Below, piece after piece: positions 19,438-27,664 of a stretch of 64,000 bases of DNA. The notes beneath the pieces are model-generated. The model saw nothing but the letters and a program-made list of their open reading frames with translations, ran no database searches and was not told where the DNA came from. Each line of letters opens with the position of its first letter. The stretch's first letter is position 1. The DNA lies in contig JBFGDF010000001.1 of assembly GCA_041580775.1 (NCBI GenBank), positions 22,219 to 86,218 of the forward strand, in the 5' to 3' direction. This DNA is from Gemmatimonadales bacterium (GTDB lineage Bacteria > Gemmatimonadota > Gemmatimonadetes > Gemmatimonadales > GWC2-71-9). Made by a program: the position numbers and the translations under genes.

Positions 19438-20670
19438 TCACCCGAAGAACAGATACGCGATGAAGATCCCGGCCACGACCGCGGTGAAATCGGCGATCAG
19501 CCCGCACGTCACCGCGTGTCGGGTCTTCCGCACACCCACCGACCCGAAGTAGAGCGCGATGATGTAGAACGTGGTGTCGGTGGACCCCTGGAACGTGCTC
19601 GCCAGCCGACCGACGAACGAGTCCGCCCCGTACGTCTGCATGGCATCCACCATCATCCCCCGCGCCCCGCTCCCGCTCAGCGGCTTCATCAGCGCCGTGG
19701 GCAGCGCCGGGATGAAGTCCGTGTTGAGGCCGACCGCACCGAACGCCTTGCCGATCCCCGCCACCAGGAGCTCCATCGTCCCGGACGCGCGAAACACGCC
19801 GATGGCCACGAGGATGGCCACGAGGTAGGGGATGATCTTGACCGCGACCGCGAACCCGTCCTTGGCGCCTTCGATGAACGCCTCGTACACGTTCACCCGC
19901 CGGACCATGGCCAGCGCGATGAATGCGGCGATGACGCCGAACAGCGTCACGTTGGCCACCACGTTCGAGACCGTCTCCACCTGCGCCTGTGGCAGCCGCG
20001 AGAAATAGCCGAGTGTGGCGGCGACCAGCCCGGTGAGTCCGAGCAGATAGGCCAGGACCACCTTGTCGAACAGATTGATCCGCTGCACGACGGCCACGGC
20101 GACCAGCCCCGCCACCGTGGAGAAGAACGTCGTCAGCAGGATGGGCAGGAAGATGTCGGACGGGTTGGCGGCGCCCAGCTGTGCGCGGTAGACCATGATG
20201 CTGATGGGAATCACCGTGAGACCCGACGTATTCAGCACCAGGAACATGATCTGGGCGTTGGACGCCGTGTCCTCGCTGGGATTCAGTTCCTGCAGCTCCT
20301 GCATGGCCTTGAGGCCCAGCGGCGTCGCGGCGTTATCGAGGCCCAGCATGTTCGCCGCGAAATTCATGATGATCGAGCCGTGCACCGGATGATCCCGCGG
20401 GACTTCCGGAAACAACCGTCGGAAGAACGGGCGCACGACCGTCGCGAGCGCGTTGATCGCCCCGCCCTTCTCGCCAACCTTCATCAGGCCCAGCCACAGC
20501 GTGAGCACGCCGGTGAGGCCGAGCGCGATCTCGAACCCCACCTTGGCCATCTCGAACGTGCTGTTGACCATGGCCGTGAAGACCTGGGTATCGCCGAAGA
20601 AGACCAGCTTGACGAGGCCCACGACCAGCGCAACGAGGAAGAAGGCGATCCAGATGTAGTTGAGGACCAT
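19438..20670 (-). CDS. Fused SpmA/SpmB-like nucleoside-recognition (Gate) domain membrane protein
   Basis: The real start MVLNYIWIAFFLVALVVGLVKL (ATG 20670) matches typical SpmA N-termini. Polytopic membrane protein of 410 aa. NAATPLGLKAMQELQELNP block. Confidence 0.7.
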   Translation of the reverse strand: MVLNYIWIAFFLVALVVGLVKLVFFGDTQVFTAMVNSTFEMAKVGFEIALGLTGVLTLWLGLMKVGEKGGAINALATVVRPFFRRLFPEVPRDHPVHGSIIMNFAANMLGLDNAATPLGLKAMQELQELNPSEDTASNAQIMFLVLNTSGLTVIPISIMVYRAQLGAANPSDIFLPILLTTFFSTVAGLVAVAVVQRINLFDKVVLAYLLGLTGLVAATLGYFSRLPQAQVETVSNVVANVTLFGVIAAFIALAMVRRVNVYEAFIEGAKDGFAVAVKIIPYLVAILVAIGVFRASGTMELLVAGIGKAFGAVGLNTDFIPALPTALMKPLSGSGARGMMVDAMQTYGADSFVGRLASTFQGSTDTTFYIIALYFGSVGVRKTRHAVTCGLIADFTAVVAGIFIAYLFFG

Positions 20671-20675
20671 GGAAC

Positions 20676-21386
20676 TCAGCTCGCGAGGGTGGGATCGGCG
20701 TGCGTGAGCAACTCCACCAGCACGGGCACGTGCGCGCGCACCAAGGCATCCGTGGACGCGAGGGGAAACTCGTAGGTGACGACCGCGAGGCCCTGCTCTC
20801 CGCCCCACGTGCCAAACGAGCCGGGCGTGGGGTAACCGATGTCCCGCACGAGCGGCAGGCCGGTGCGCGCCGCCAACCACTGCCCCAGCGCACTCGCATT
20901 GGCGTCATCGATGCAGGCGAGCGGTGCGTGTAGCGCGATCACGGTTTCGGGCCGTAACTCGGCAACCAGTCGCATCAGCGCCTGCGTCTCGGGCTCCGAC
21001 CCGGCATGCGCGCCCGGGCTCAGCCGCACGTCCTGCGGGTCGTCCAGCGTGGAGCGATGCGCCACCGGCTTTGACTGCCAGTCACGGGTGGGGAAGTTGC
21101 GGTTGAGCTCCACCCCGCGCGCGTTTCCCCGCGTGCCGCGGATCAGGCCGTCGGGATTGGCTGCGAGCACGACTGCGGCGTGAGGCGATGGCGCGGGCAG
21201 CTGACGGAGGGCGCGGGAGAGCGCGAACGTCGTTTCCGCTTCTTCCCCGTGAATCCCGGCAAAGAGCAACAGCGTGCACGGCCCCGCGGGACGCCACACC
21301 TCCAGCGGCACGCCCAAGTGGGACCGGCCGTATGTGTGCGGTTCCCAGAGGATCGTGCCCCAGTCCTGCCGCGGTCGGAGGCTCAT
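20676..21386 (-). CDS. MpaA-like M14 zinc carboxypeptidase (murein peptide amidase family)
   Basis: FAGIHGEEAETT and LAANPDGLIRGTRGNARGVELNRNF blocks. ATG 21386 overlaps the upstream stop (ATGA). Confidence 0.7.
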   Translation of the reverse strand: MSLRPRQDWGTILWEPHTYGRSHLGVPLEVWRPAGPCTLLLFAGIHGEEAETTFALSRALRQLPAPSPHAAVVLAANPDGLIRGTRGNARGVELNRNFPTRDWQSKPVAHRSTLDDPQDVRLSPGAHAGSEPETQALMRLVAELRPETVIALHAPLACIDDANASALGQWLAARTGLPLVRDIGYPTPGSFGTWGGEQGLAVVTYEFPLASTDALVRAHVPVLVELLTHADPTLAS

Positions 21387-22093
21387 GCGGTCGCCTGGTT
21401 CGTGTTGGTGACGAAACGAACGACGATCTCGTCGAGATGGGCCAGCACCACGCTCTTGAGGGCGAGGTCGGCGCCGCGGACCGTGTCGCGCAGCACGTCC
21501 GTGGTGAGGTGCCGCCCGTACGCGGCGGCGGTCGGCCCGTGGCTCAGGTGCCATCGCTCGGGCGCGACCCCGCCGCGATCGCGGTCGTACGGTCGGAAGA
21601 AGCCGTGCGCCGCGCCGGCGGCGATCCGCATGTCGAGCCATGCGTGCAGCGGGCCGAACATCCCGCCGGGATTCACCTCGGCGGGAATGAGCTCGATGTC
21701 GTAGCCCGCGGGCTGGGCAGCCCGGTCGAAGACGTCCAGATCCGTCCCCCAGTGATGGCGCGACGCGCCCGGCAGCGCCGACCAGCGCAGGATCGCAAAC
21801 ACCAGGTCCTTGGCGCTCAGGGTCGCGATGTCGAGGGGCGCCGCGTCACTGTCGAGCACGGCGCGCTGCCCGGTCGCCTTGCGGTTCCAGATGGACAGTT
21901 GCTGCGCGAAGCTGCGGAACCCACTCAGGATCTGGAGATCGAATCCGGCCGCGTGCGCGTCCCGCTGCAAGCGGCGGAATGGCTCGACCACGTCCTGATG
22001 CACCGGGACGCCCAGTGACGCGGCGACGATTGGTGCACAGAGATGCTGCTCCGTCTGACCGGTCAGCACGGCGGGCGGCGGGCGGGGCGGCAT
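21383..22093 (-). CDS. M15-family D-Ala-D-Ala / LD-carboxypeptidase (VanY/LdcB-like)
   Basis: SGFRSFAQQ, SRHHWGTDLD and ERWHLSH blocks, the usual M15B metal ligands. Confidence 0.7.
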   Translation of the reverse strand: MPPRPPPAVLTGQTEQHLCAPIVAASLGVPVHQDVVEPFRRLQRDAHAAGFDLQILSGFRSFAQQLSIWNRKATGQRAVLDSDAAPLDIATLSAKDLVFAILRWSALPGASRHHWGTDLDVFDRAAQPAGYDIELIPAEVNPGGMFGPLHAWLDMRIAAGAAHGFFRPYDRDRGGVAPERWHLSHGPTAAAYGRHLTTDVLRDTVRGADLALKSVVLAHLDEIVVRFVTNTNQATA

Positions 22094-22130
22094 GGTGCGG
22101 GAATATAGGGTGGAAGGACGGACGGACGGA
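22094..22130 (-). promoter_or_regulatory. Leaderless-type promoter: TCCGTC (22130-22125) - 17 nt - TATATT (22107-22102) - 8 nt - ATG
   Basis: The minus strand reads TCCGTC-N17-CCCTATATTCCCGCACC-ATG, a near copy of the kinase promoter at 17825-17861. Confidence 0.5.
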
Positions 22131-22159
22131 AAGACGGACGGACAGACGCAGGGACGGTC
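22116..22159. repeat. GGAC-type tetranucleotide tract (about 11 units: GGAC, GGAA, AGAC, GGTC variants)
   Basis: Read directly from the sequence. C/T-rich on the coding strand, between the RES toxin stop (22173) and the -10 box. Confidence 0.85.
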
Positions 22160-22172
22160 GGTGGGATCGTCA

Positions 22173-22670
22173 TCAAGCAGGGGGAATGGTCTCTCGGCCG
22201 GAGCCGACGGCGAGATCGATCCCCGCCGCCAGGCCGTCCTGATAGACCATCAGGTTGATCGCGCCGGCGAGGGCGGCCGACGGGGCGAGCAGGCCGACGG
22301 CCCCGGCCCGCCGCGCGGCGTCGCTCAGCGTGCGACACAGCTCGATCGCGGCGTCGGTGTCGCGGGTCAAGTCGTCGAGGCGAACGCGAAACCGCTTCCG
22401 CTCCGCCCGGTCGGTGAGATCGAGCACCGGCTCGACGCGGTGCACGTCGATGCTCACGAGCTCGCGCGGGGCGAGCCGGATCCCGGGTGCCCACCCCGCC
22501 ACCAGTTTCCGGTATTCCGCGATCGCGCCCTCGCGGGTCGTCGAGGTATAGAGGCAGCCGTACCGGCCGGCGCGGTTCCACCGGCCGCGCGCTCTGACGA
22601 TGTAGGCGAAGTTGAGGGGAAACCCGCCGGCCGGCACGTGACGCCACACGCGACCGGCCCAGCTGATCAC
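22173..22670 (-). CDS. RES-domain toxin
   Basis: GRWNRAGRYGCLYTS...REGAIAEY...LLAPSAA supplies the R-E-S signature. GTG 22670 overlaps the antitoxin stop (GTGA). The longer ORF-track version (to 22979) is antisense of the antitoxin. Confidence 0.8.
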   Translation of the reverse strand: MISWAGRVWRHVPAGGFPLNFAYIVRARGRWNRAGRYGCLYTSTTREGAIAEYRKLVAGWAPGIRLAPRELVSIDVHRVEPVLDLTDRAERKRFRVRLDDLTRDTDAAIELCRTLSDAARRAGAVGLLAPSAALAGAINLMVYQDGLAAGIDLAVGSGRETIPPA

Positions 22671-23086
22671 GTGTAGGCGCCCGACTCGAGGGTCGCGAGC
22701 ACCTCGATGACCGCCGCGATGTGGCCGCGTGTGATCTCGCCCAGGGGCGAGCGGCCACGGAGGGCCGCCGATGGGGCGTGCGCCCACTCGAGCGCGGCGG
22801 TCCAGTCGGGAAACACCGTCTCGAGCAGATGCCGTGTCTCGCCCAGTTCCTCCAGGCGCCGGCGGTGCGCCGGTGACGGCGCCACCGCTCCGTCGGCCCA
22901 GCGGGCGACCGTGCGGGCCGACGCGCCGACCGCCGTGGCCACTTCCGCCAGGCTCAGCCCGAGGCGGGCGCGGGCCCACGCCACCGCGGCCGCGGCCTGG
23001 CGGGCCTTGAGGGCGGTATGCGCTCCTTCGGCCCTGCTGGGAACCGCGTCAATTCCTACCGCGTTCATTGGCAACGACTTAGCCAC
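22667..23086 (-). CDS. Xre-type antitoxin with C-terminal DUF2384-like toxin-binding domain
   Basis: HTH LSLAEVATAVGASARTVARWADG. C-terminal RGRSPLGEITRGHIAAVIEVLATLESGAY. GAGGAG (23092-23097) lies 5 nt upstream of GTG 23086. Confidence 0.8.
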   Translation of the reverse strand: MAKSLPMNAVGIDAVPSRAEGAHTALKARQAAAAVAWARARLGLSLAEVATAVGASARTVARWADGAVAPSPAHRRRLEELGETRHLLETVFPDWTAALEWAHAPSAALRGRSPLGEITRGHIAAVIEVLATLESGAYT

Positions 23087-23103
23087 CGGTACTCCTCACA
23101 GAT

Positions 23104-23140
23104 AATGACATATTCTATGTCATTATATATGACATTGCAA
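23104..23140 (-). promoter_or_regulatory. Toxin-antitoxin promoter TTGCAA-17 nt-TAGAAT with three ATGTCAT/ATGACAT operator half-sites
   Basis: -35 at 23135-23140 and -10 at 23112-23117 on the minus strand. Plus-strand motifs AATGACAT (23104-23111), ATGTCATT (23117-23124) and ATGACATT (23129-23136). The most AT-rich spot in the window. Confidence 0.6.
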
Positions 23141-23348
23141 GGAGGCGCTTGGAGCGTGTCGCATCACCGGCGGGTGTCGCCGCGCCGGGCCGGCGCTTCG
23201 GACGTTGCACTGAGCAGGCACCCCGCCGAGGTGCGAACCCGGCTCGCGGAGCCGATCGCAATCCCGAGCCCGACGGTCGTCTTCTTTTTCACGGGTTACT
23301 CACGGGCGAGCCACATCGTGACCACCAACCCACATCGCGGAGGGCGCC

Positions 23349-23525
23349 ATGGCCTCGCCGAACCAGCACGTCTCCCTGAAGCTCTCACCCGAGCAGCGAG
23401 CGGCCATCAAGAAGCTCACCGGCCGGGACGCCGATGCGCTGGAACTGTCCGTGCAGGAGCTGGAAGAACGGATCGCGCCGTCGCGTGCGCGGTTCGGCAT
23501 CGATACGGTGCCGCTGCCCGAATAG
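23349..23525 (+). CDS. Unlisted small ORF (58 aa), helical leader-like peptide
   Basis: MASPNQHVSLKLSPEQRAAIKKLTGRDADALELSVQELEERIAPSRARFGIDTVPLPE. GGAGGG lies 4 nt upstream of the ATG. About 84% G/C at third codon positions by my count. Below the ORF-track length cutoff. Confidence 0.55.
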   Translation: MASPNQHVSLKLSPEQRAAIKKLTGRDADALELSVQELEERIAPSRARFGIDTVPLPE

Positions 23526-23531
23526 GCGGAG

Positions 23532-24605
23532 TCAGTCGCTCGCACGCCGTCGCGCCCGCCCCTCGGCCAGGATCCGCTCCACGCGGCGCCCGGCCGCGGC
23601 GGCGGGCGCCTCGCCGTGCGCGCGGGCTTCGGTGAAGATCTCGTCGAGGGTGTGTTCGATGGCGCGCACCCGTGCGAGCACGGCTTGCTCGTCCCCGCCG
23701 GCAGACAGCGCCGGCAGGGCCGCCGCGCCCCCCGCGTTGATCACGTAATCCGGTGCGTAGAGGATGTCGCGCGCGTGCAGCCGATCTCCATCCGCCGGTT
23801 CCGCAAGCTGGTTGTTCGCCGAGCCGGCCACGATGCGGCAGCGGAGTTGGGGCACGGTGGTGCTGTTGAGCGTGGCACCCACCGCGCAGGGGGCGTACAC
23901 ATCGCACGACTGGGTGTAGACGGCGTCCGGCGCCACCACCGTCGCGCCGAGCTCGGCCGCGAGCGGCCGCGCGCGCGCCTCGTCGACATCCGAGAGCACC
24001 ACCGTCGCACCTGCCGCCGCGAGCCGCCGCGCCAACGGAACGCCCACGTCGCCCACACCCTGGACGAGCACGGTACGGCCGGAAAACGCGTCGCTCCCGA
24101 ACACCTGCCGCAGCGCCGCGCGCATCCCGGAGTGCACGCCCAGCGCCGTGTACGGTCCGGGATCGAGCGGCTGGTCGCGCCGGTGATCCCAGCCGTGCGC
24201 ATGCTCGGTCACGTCGTTCACCGTGCGCATGTCCGCGGGCGTCGTGCCGAGGTCGGGGCCGCAGGCATACGCGCCCGCGAACGTGGCGACGATGCGCCCG
24301 ACGCGGTGCAGCACCGCGCGGCGGGCGGCGCCCATGAGCGGCTGCGGCACCGCGAGCACGCTCTTGCCGCCGCCACGCGCGATCCCCAGCGCCGCCCACT
24401 TGTGGGTCATCCCCTCAGCCAGGCGCATCGCGTCGCGAAGGCCGTCGGCCGGCGTCGAATAGGTGTGCATCCGGAGCCCACCGAGCGCCGGCCCCAGGGT
24501 CGTATCGTGGATCGCGATGAAGATCCAGGTGTCGGTCGCGCGGTCCAGCGTCGCGACGACGAACTCGCCATCCCAGCGCGCGATCAAGTCCTGCAGGGTT
24601 TCCAT
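23532..24605 (-). CDS. Leucine/phenylalanine/valine dehydrogenase family (Glu/Leu/Phe/Val DH)
   Basis: GPALGGLRMH, KWAALGIARGGGKSVL and Rossmann VLVQGVGDVG blocks. GGAG lies 5 nt upstream of the ATG. Confidence 0.8.
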   Translation of the reverse strand: METLQDLIARWDGEFVVATLDRATDTWIFIAIHDTTLGPALGGLRMHTYSTPADGLRDAMRLAEGMTHKWAALGIARGGGKSVLAVPQPLMGAARRAVLHRVGRIVATFAGAYACGPDLGTTPADMRTVNDVTEHAHGWDHRRDQPLDPGPYTALGVHSGMRAALRQVFGSDAFSGRTVLVQGVGDVGVPLARRLAAAGATVVLSDVDEARARPLAAELGATVVAPDAVYTQSCDVYAPCAVGATLNSTTVPQLRCRIVAGSANNQLAEPADGDRLHARDILYAPDYVINAGGAAALPALSAGGDEQAVLARVRAIEHTLDEIFTEARAHGEAPAAAAGRRVERILAEGRARRRASD

Positions 24606-24673
24606 GGACGCTCCAAGACACGTCCCCCAACGTAGCGGACGGCGGGAGCGAGGGGAACGACGGGCGGCCCGTG

Positions 24674-25552
24674 TTACCGCGCGCGCCGCACGGCCCGCCC
24701 GACCACGATCGTGATGTTGTCGCTGCCCCCGCCATCGAGCGCGTCCTGGAGCAGGTCCTCGCAGACCTGCTTCGCCGAGGTCATGGTCCGCAGGCGTTCG
24801 GCGATGCGGGCGTCGGGCACGTGCTTGGTGAGCCCGTCGCTACAGAGCAGGGTGACGCTGCTCCACGGCTGGTGGAGCCGCGTGACCACGGGCGCGGCCT
24901 CGGGACCGCCGATCGCACTCGACAGGATGTGCGCCAGGCGGGACTGCTGCGCGTCGCTGCGGGCGAGCGCCCCGGCATCGATCAGGTCCTGGGCGAAGGT
25001 CTGGTCGCGCGACAGCTGGATCAGCGTGTCGTCACGCAGCACGTAGCACCGGCTGTCGCCCACCTGCAGCAGATAGGCGTGGGGCCACACGGTGAGCCAG
25101 AGCGTGAGCGTGGTGGCCATGTAGCCCGGCTCCGGGGTCGCGGAGCCTTGTTCCAGCAGGCCCGCGTGCACGAGGAGCGCGGCTTCCTCGAGCGACTGCG
25201 CGAGCCGCTGCTCGTCGAACGCATCCGCCTGCTCCACACACCGTACGCTCTGCGTCACGTAGCGGGTGATCTCCTCCACCGCCCGGCGACTCGCTTCCTC
25301 GCCCAGATCGCCGCTCACACCGTCGGCCACCATGGCCAGAAAGGCCAGGCGCTCCCGCTGTGCGAGGTCCGCGGCGTTCGGCAGGCTGGTGCGGTAGAGA
25401 TCGACCTGCCGGCGCAGGGCGCAGATGAGAAAGTGGTCCTGATTGGACGCACGGCGGTGGCCCTGGTGGGTCAGGCCGTGAACGTCGAGCTCGGCGTCAC
25501 TGGGCTTGCCGCCGGTCTGGAGGGCGGCACCCAGCTGCTCCATGGACACCAT
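24674..25552 (-). CDS. PP2C-family Ser/Thr protein phosphatase
   Basis: HQGHRRASNQDHF, MVADGVSG, LLCSDGL and GGSDNITIVV blocks. Start is ATG 25552 (MVSMEQ) with GAGGA 5 nt upstream. Confidence 0.8.
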   Translation of the reverse strand: MVSMEQLGAALQTGGKPSDAELDVHGLTHQGHRRASNQDHFLICALRRQVDLYRTSLPNAADLAQRERLAFLAMVADGVSGDLGEEASRRAVEEITRYVTQSVRCVEQADAFDEQRLAQSLEEAALLVHAGLLEQGSATPEPGYMATTLTLWLTVWPHAYLLQVGDSRCYVLRDDTLIQLSRDQTFAQDLIDAGALARSDAQQSRLAHILSSAIGGPEAAPVVTRLHQPWSSVTLLCSDGLTKHVPDARIAERLRTMTSAKQVCEDLLQDALDGGGSDNITIVVGRAVRRAR

Positions 25553-25810
25553 GCGAATCCTCGCGGCGGTCCCGCTCCGCCAGCTCGCGACGACGTGCGT
25601 GGCTGCCGGCGAGCGCGGCGGCACGCAGTCCTGCCCATCAGACGCCGCAGGAAGTATGTCGCCGGCCGGGGAGGTTTGGGAGGGGGGAGGGGAATCCGCC
25701 GTCCCCACGCTCCCCTGGTTCCCCTCAGTTCCGTCGCAGACCATCACGTCGTTCCCTTGCCACGACCGCGCCCCGGCGACAGTCTCGTGTATCTCCCACG
25801 GGGGGCTGCC

Positions 25811-26764
25811 ATGGCTGACCTCGCCGTCCGTGCCGACTGCGTCAACCACCCGGACCGTCTTGCGGTGGCAGCCTGCGATCGGTGCAGGAAGCCTGTCTGC
25901 CCAGACTGCCGGGAGGACGGAGTCGCCGTAGACGCCGAGTTCTGCTCCACCGCCTGCCGCAGTGAAGCGGAGGCGAGCACCGTGCAGCGCCTGCTGGCGG
26001 GACTCGATCAGCCGTTCCTCACCGGCTGGGATCTCTGGCGGCGCGCCTTGCCCGCCCTCACACGGTCCCTCCTGCCCGTCGCTGCCTTCATTGTGGGGAT
26101 CCTCCTGCTCGACACCGTGTTCGGCACGCCGACGGAGCCTGTCGGCGAGACCACCGGGACGGTGAGCCTGCCGACCACCATCGCGTCCCTCACCGGGTTT
26201 GTCTTCGGTCTCGCCGTGGTCGCCACGGTCCTCTCGAAAGAACACACCGGGGTGATCCGCGGAAACGTCTACACGTGGGTCCTCCGGCGCATCGCCTCGT
26301 GGGTCTTATCGTGGCTTCTGGTGCTGATGGCGGTCTTCCTCGGGACGATCGCGCTCATCGTCCCCGGGATCATCGCGGGGCTGCGGCTCTTCTGGGCGGA
26401 CGAGTTCGCCCTCGCGCATCGCTGTGATCCCGTCACGTCGCTCAAGGAGAGTTGGGCGCTGACCAGGGATCAGGCAACCGCCGTGTTCTCGTTTCAACTG
26501 CTCGCGGGTGTCGCCGCTTGGGGCACCATCCTCGCCGGCGTGGCGCTCGCGACCGCCCTCCAGTGGCTCTTCTTGCAGTTGGGCGACGTGGGCGTCGCGC
26601 TCAGCCTGTTGGCCCTCCTCCTCCTGGCCTTCCTGGGATACGGCCTCATCCACGCCCCTGAAGTGGCCAAGTTCTACGGGATGCGGGCCGCGATGCTCGC
26701 CGGGGTGGAACCCGGCGCCCCGATCCGGCTCGGGCTCGCGGGGCGCCGCCCGATGGGGAGTTGA
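25811..26764 (+). CDS. Membrane protein with N-terminal B-box-type zinc finger
   Basis: CVNHPDRLAVAACDRCRKPVCPDC, followed by about six hydrophobic segments. Start is ATG 25811. The 5' part of the 697-aa ORF-track entry is antisense of the PP2C gene. Confidence 0.65.
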   Translation: MADLAVRADCVNHPDRLAVAACDRCRKPVCPDCREDGVAVDAEFCSTACRSEAEASTVQRLLAGLDQPFLTGWDLWRRALPALTRSLLPVAAFIVGILLLDTVFGTPTEPVGETTGTVSLPTTIASLTGFVFGLAVVATVLSKEHTGVIRGNVYTWVLRRIASWVLSWLLVLMAVFLGTIALIVPGIIAGLRLFWADEFALAHRCDPVTSLKESWALTRDQATAVFSFQLLAGVAAWGTILAGVALATALQWLFLQLGDVGVALSLLALLLLAFLGYGLIHAPEVAKFYGMRAAMLAGVEPGAPIRLGLAGRRPMGS

Positions 26765-26822
26765 CGCGACGCGCCGGGCGGCGGGAGCGACGGCTGCGTG
26801 GCTCCCGCCGCGCCCGTGGAGG

Positions 26823-27284
26823 TTATCGCACGGGTCCTGGCGCCCGCCGCAGTCCGCGCAACTGCTGCTGCTGCTCGGCGGACAGCACGTTCTTGATGCG
26901 GAGCAGAGCCGCAAGGTGGGTGCGCTTGATCTGCCGCTCGACCTCGAGCACGCGATCCACCTGCGCCAGCACCGCGGCCTCCTGCGCAGCGGGCTGACCC
27001 AGCAGCTCAGCAAGCTTCTGGTGCTCCTCCTGCATCTTCCACTGGAAGTCCACCACCTGGGCCTGTAACGCTTTGACGGCGTCGGTGATCGTCGTGCGCT
27101 GCTCGGCGGTCAGGCCGATGGCGCGTTGGTGCTGCATCACTAATTCCGGCGGAAATAGCGCGTCTTCCATTGGATCGGGACGCTGCGGCTGTGGCGCGTG
27201 CGCCGGCTGGCCCGGCGTCTGGGCCATGAGCGGGCCGGGCCCCAGCAGGCCGAGCAGCAGCACGAGGGGAAGTCGTGACCTCAT
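26823..27284 (-). CDS. Periplasmic Spy/CpxP-family (LTXXQ) protein
   Basis: Signal peptide MRSRLPLVLLLGLLGPGPLMAQ. LTAEQ and LSAEQ motifs. ATGA overlap with the anti-sigma stop. Confidence 0.7.
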   Translation of the reverse strand: MRSRLPLVLLLGLLGPGPLMAQTPGQPAHAPQPQRPDPMEDALFPPELVMQHQRAIGLTAEQRTTITDAVKALQAQVVDFQWKMQEEHQKLAELLGQPAAQEAAVLAQVDRVLEVERQIKRTHLAALLRIKNVLSAEQQQQLRGLRRAPGPVR

Positions 27285-27664
27285 GAGGGTGTCCTCCGGA
27301 CGGTGTCGTCGGTGAGTCCAGGCGCGTCGGTGACCGTGTCACCGGCGCCCGCGGTGAAGCTGGGCACGTCCCGCATTAGCGCGAGGCCGGGCGTCTCGAG
27401 CAGAACATCGGTGGGCGCCGTCCAGGTGACGGCGGCCAGGTCAATGGGGTACGGCACGGCGGCGCGTGGACGCAGCGTCCACCAGGCGAGCCCAGCCCCG
27501 GCAAGGAGTACCACCGCCGCCGCGGCGGCGAGCGGGCGCACGGCGACACGCCGTCTCCCGGCGACGGGCGGGACGGCGAACGGCGGTGTGGTAGCGGCCT
27601 CTTCGGCAGCGAGCGCGGCGAACCGTGCCCGCAGCACCGCGTCAGCGGGATCGCGCTCAGGCAT
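27281..27664 (-). CDS. Single-pass anti-sigma factor (putative)
   Basis: 127 aa from ATG 27664 with one TM segment (PLAAAAAVVLLAGAGLAWWTL). 8-nt overlap with the ECF sigma gene. Assigned by position only. Confidence 0.5.
   Translation of the reverse strand: MPERDPADAVLRARFAALAAEEAATTPPFAVPPVAGRRRVAVRPLAAAAAVVLLAGAGLAWWTLRPRAAVPYPIDLAAVTWTAPTDVLLETPGLALMRDVPSFTAGAGDTVTDAPGLTDDTVRRTPS

Noticed and set aside
23018-23635. 205-aa plus-strand ORF across the toxin-antitoxin promoter region.
   Set aside because: It starts inside the antitoxin gene (antisense), crosses the AT-rich promoter, and is in a different frame from the well-supported 58-aa ORF at 23349. Its composition is Arg/Ala/Pro shadow-like.
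24671-25810. 5' portion of the 697-aa plus-strand ORF 24671-26764.
   Set aside because: It is antisense to the PP2C gene. A sensible start (ATG 25811, B-box motif) exists for the downstream membrane protein.
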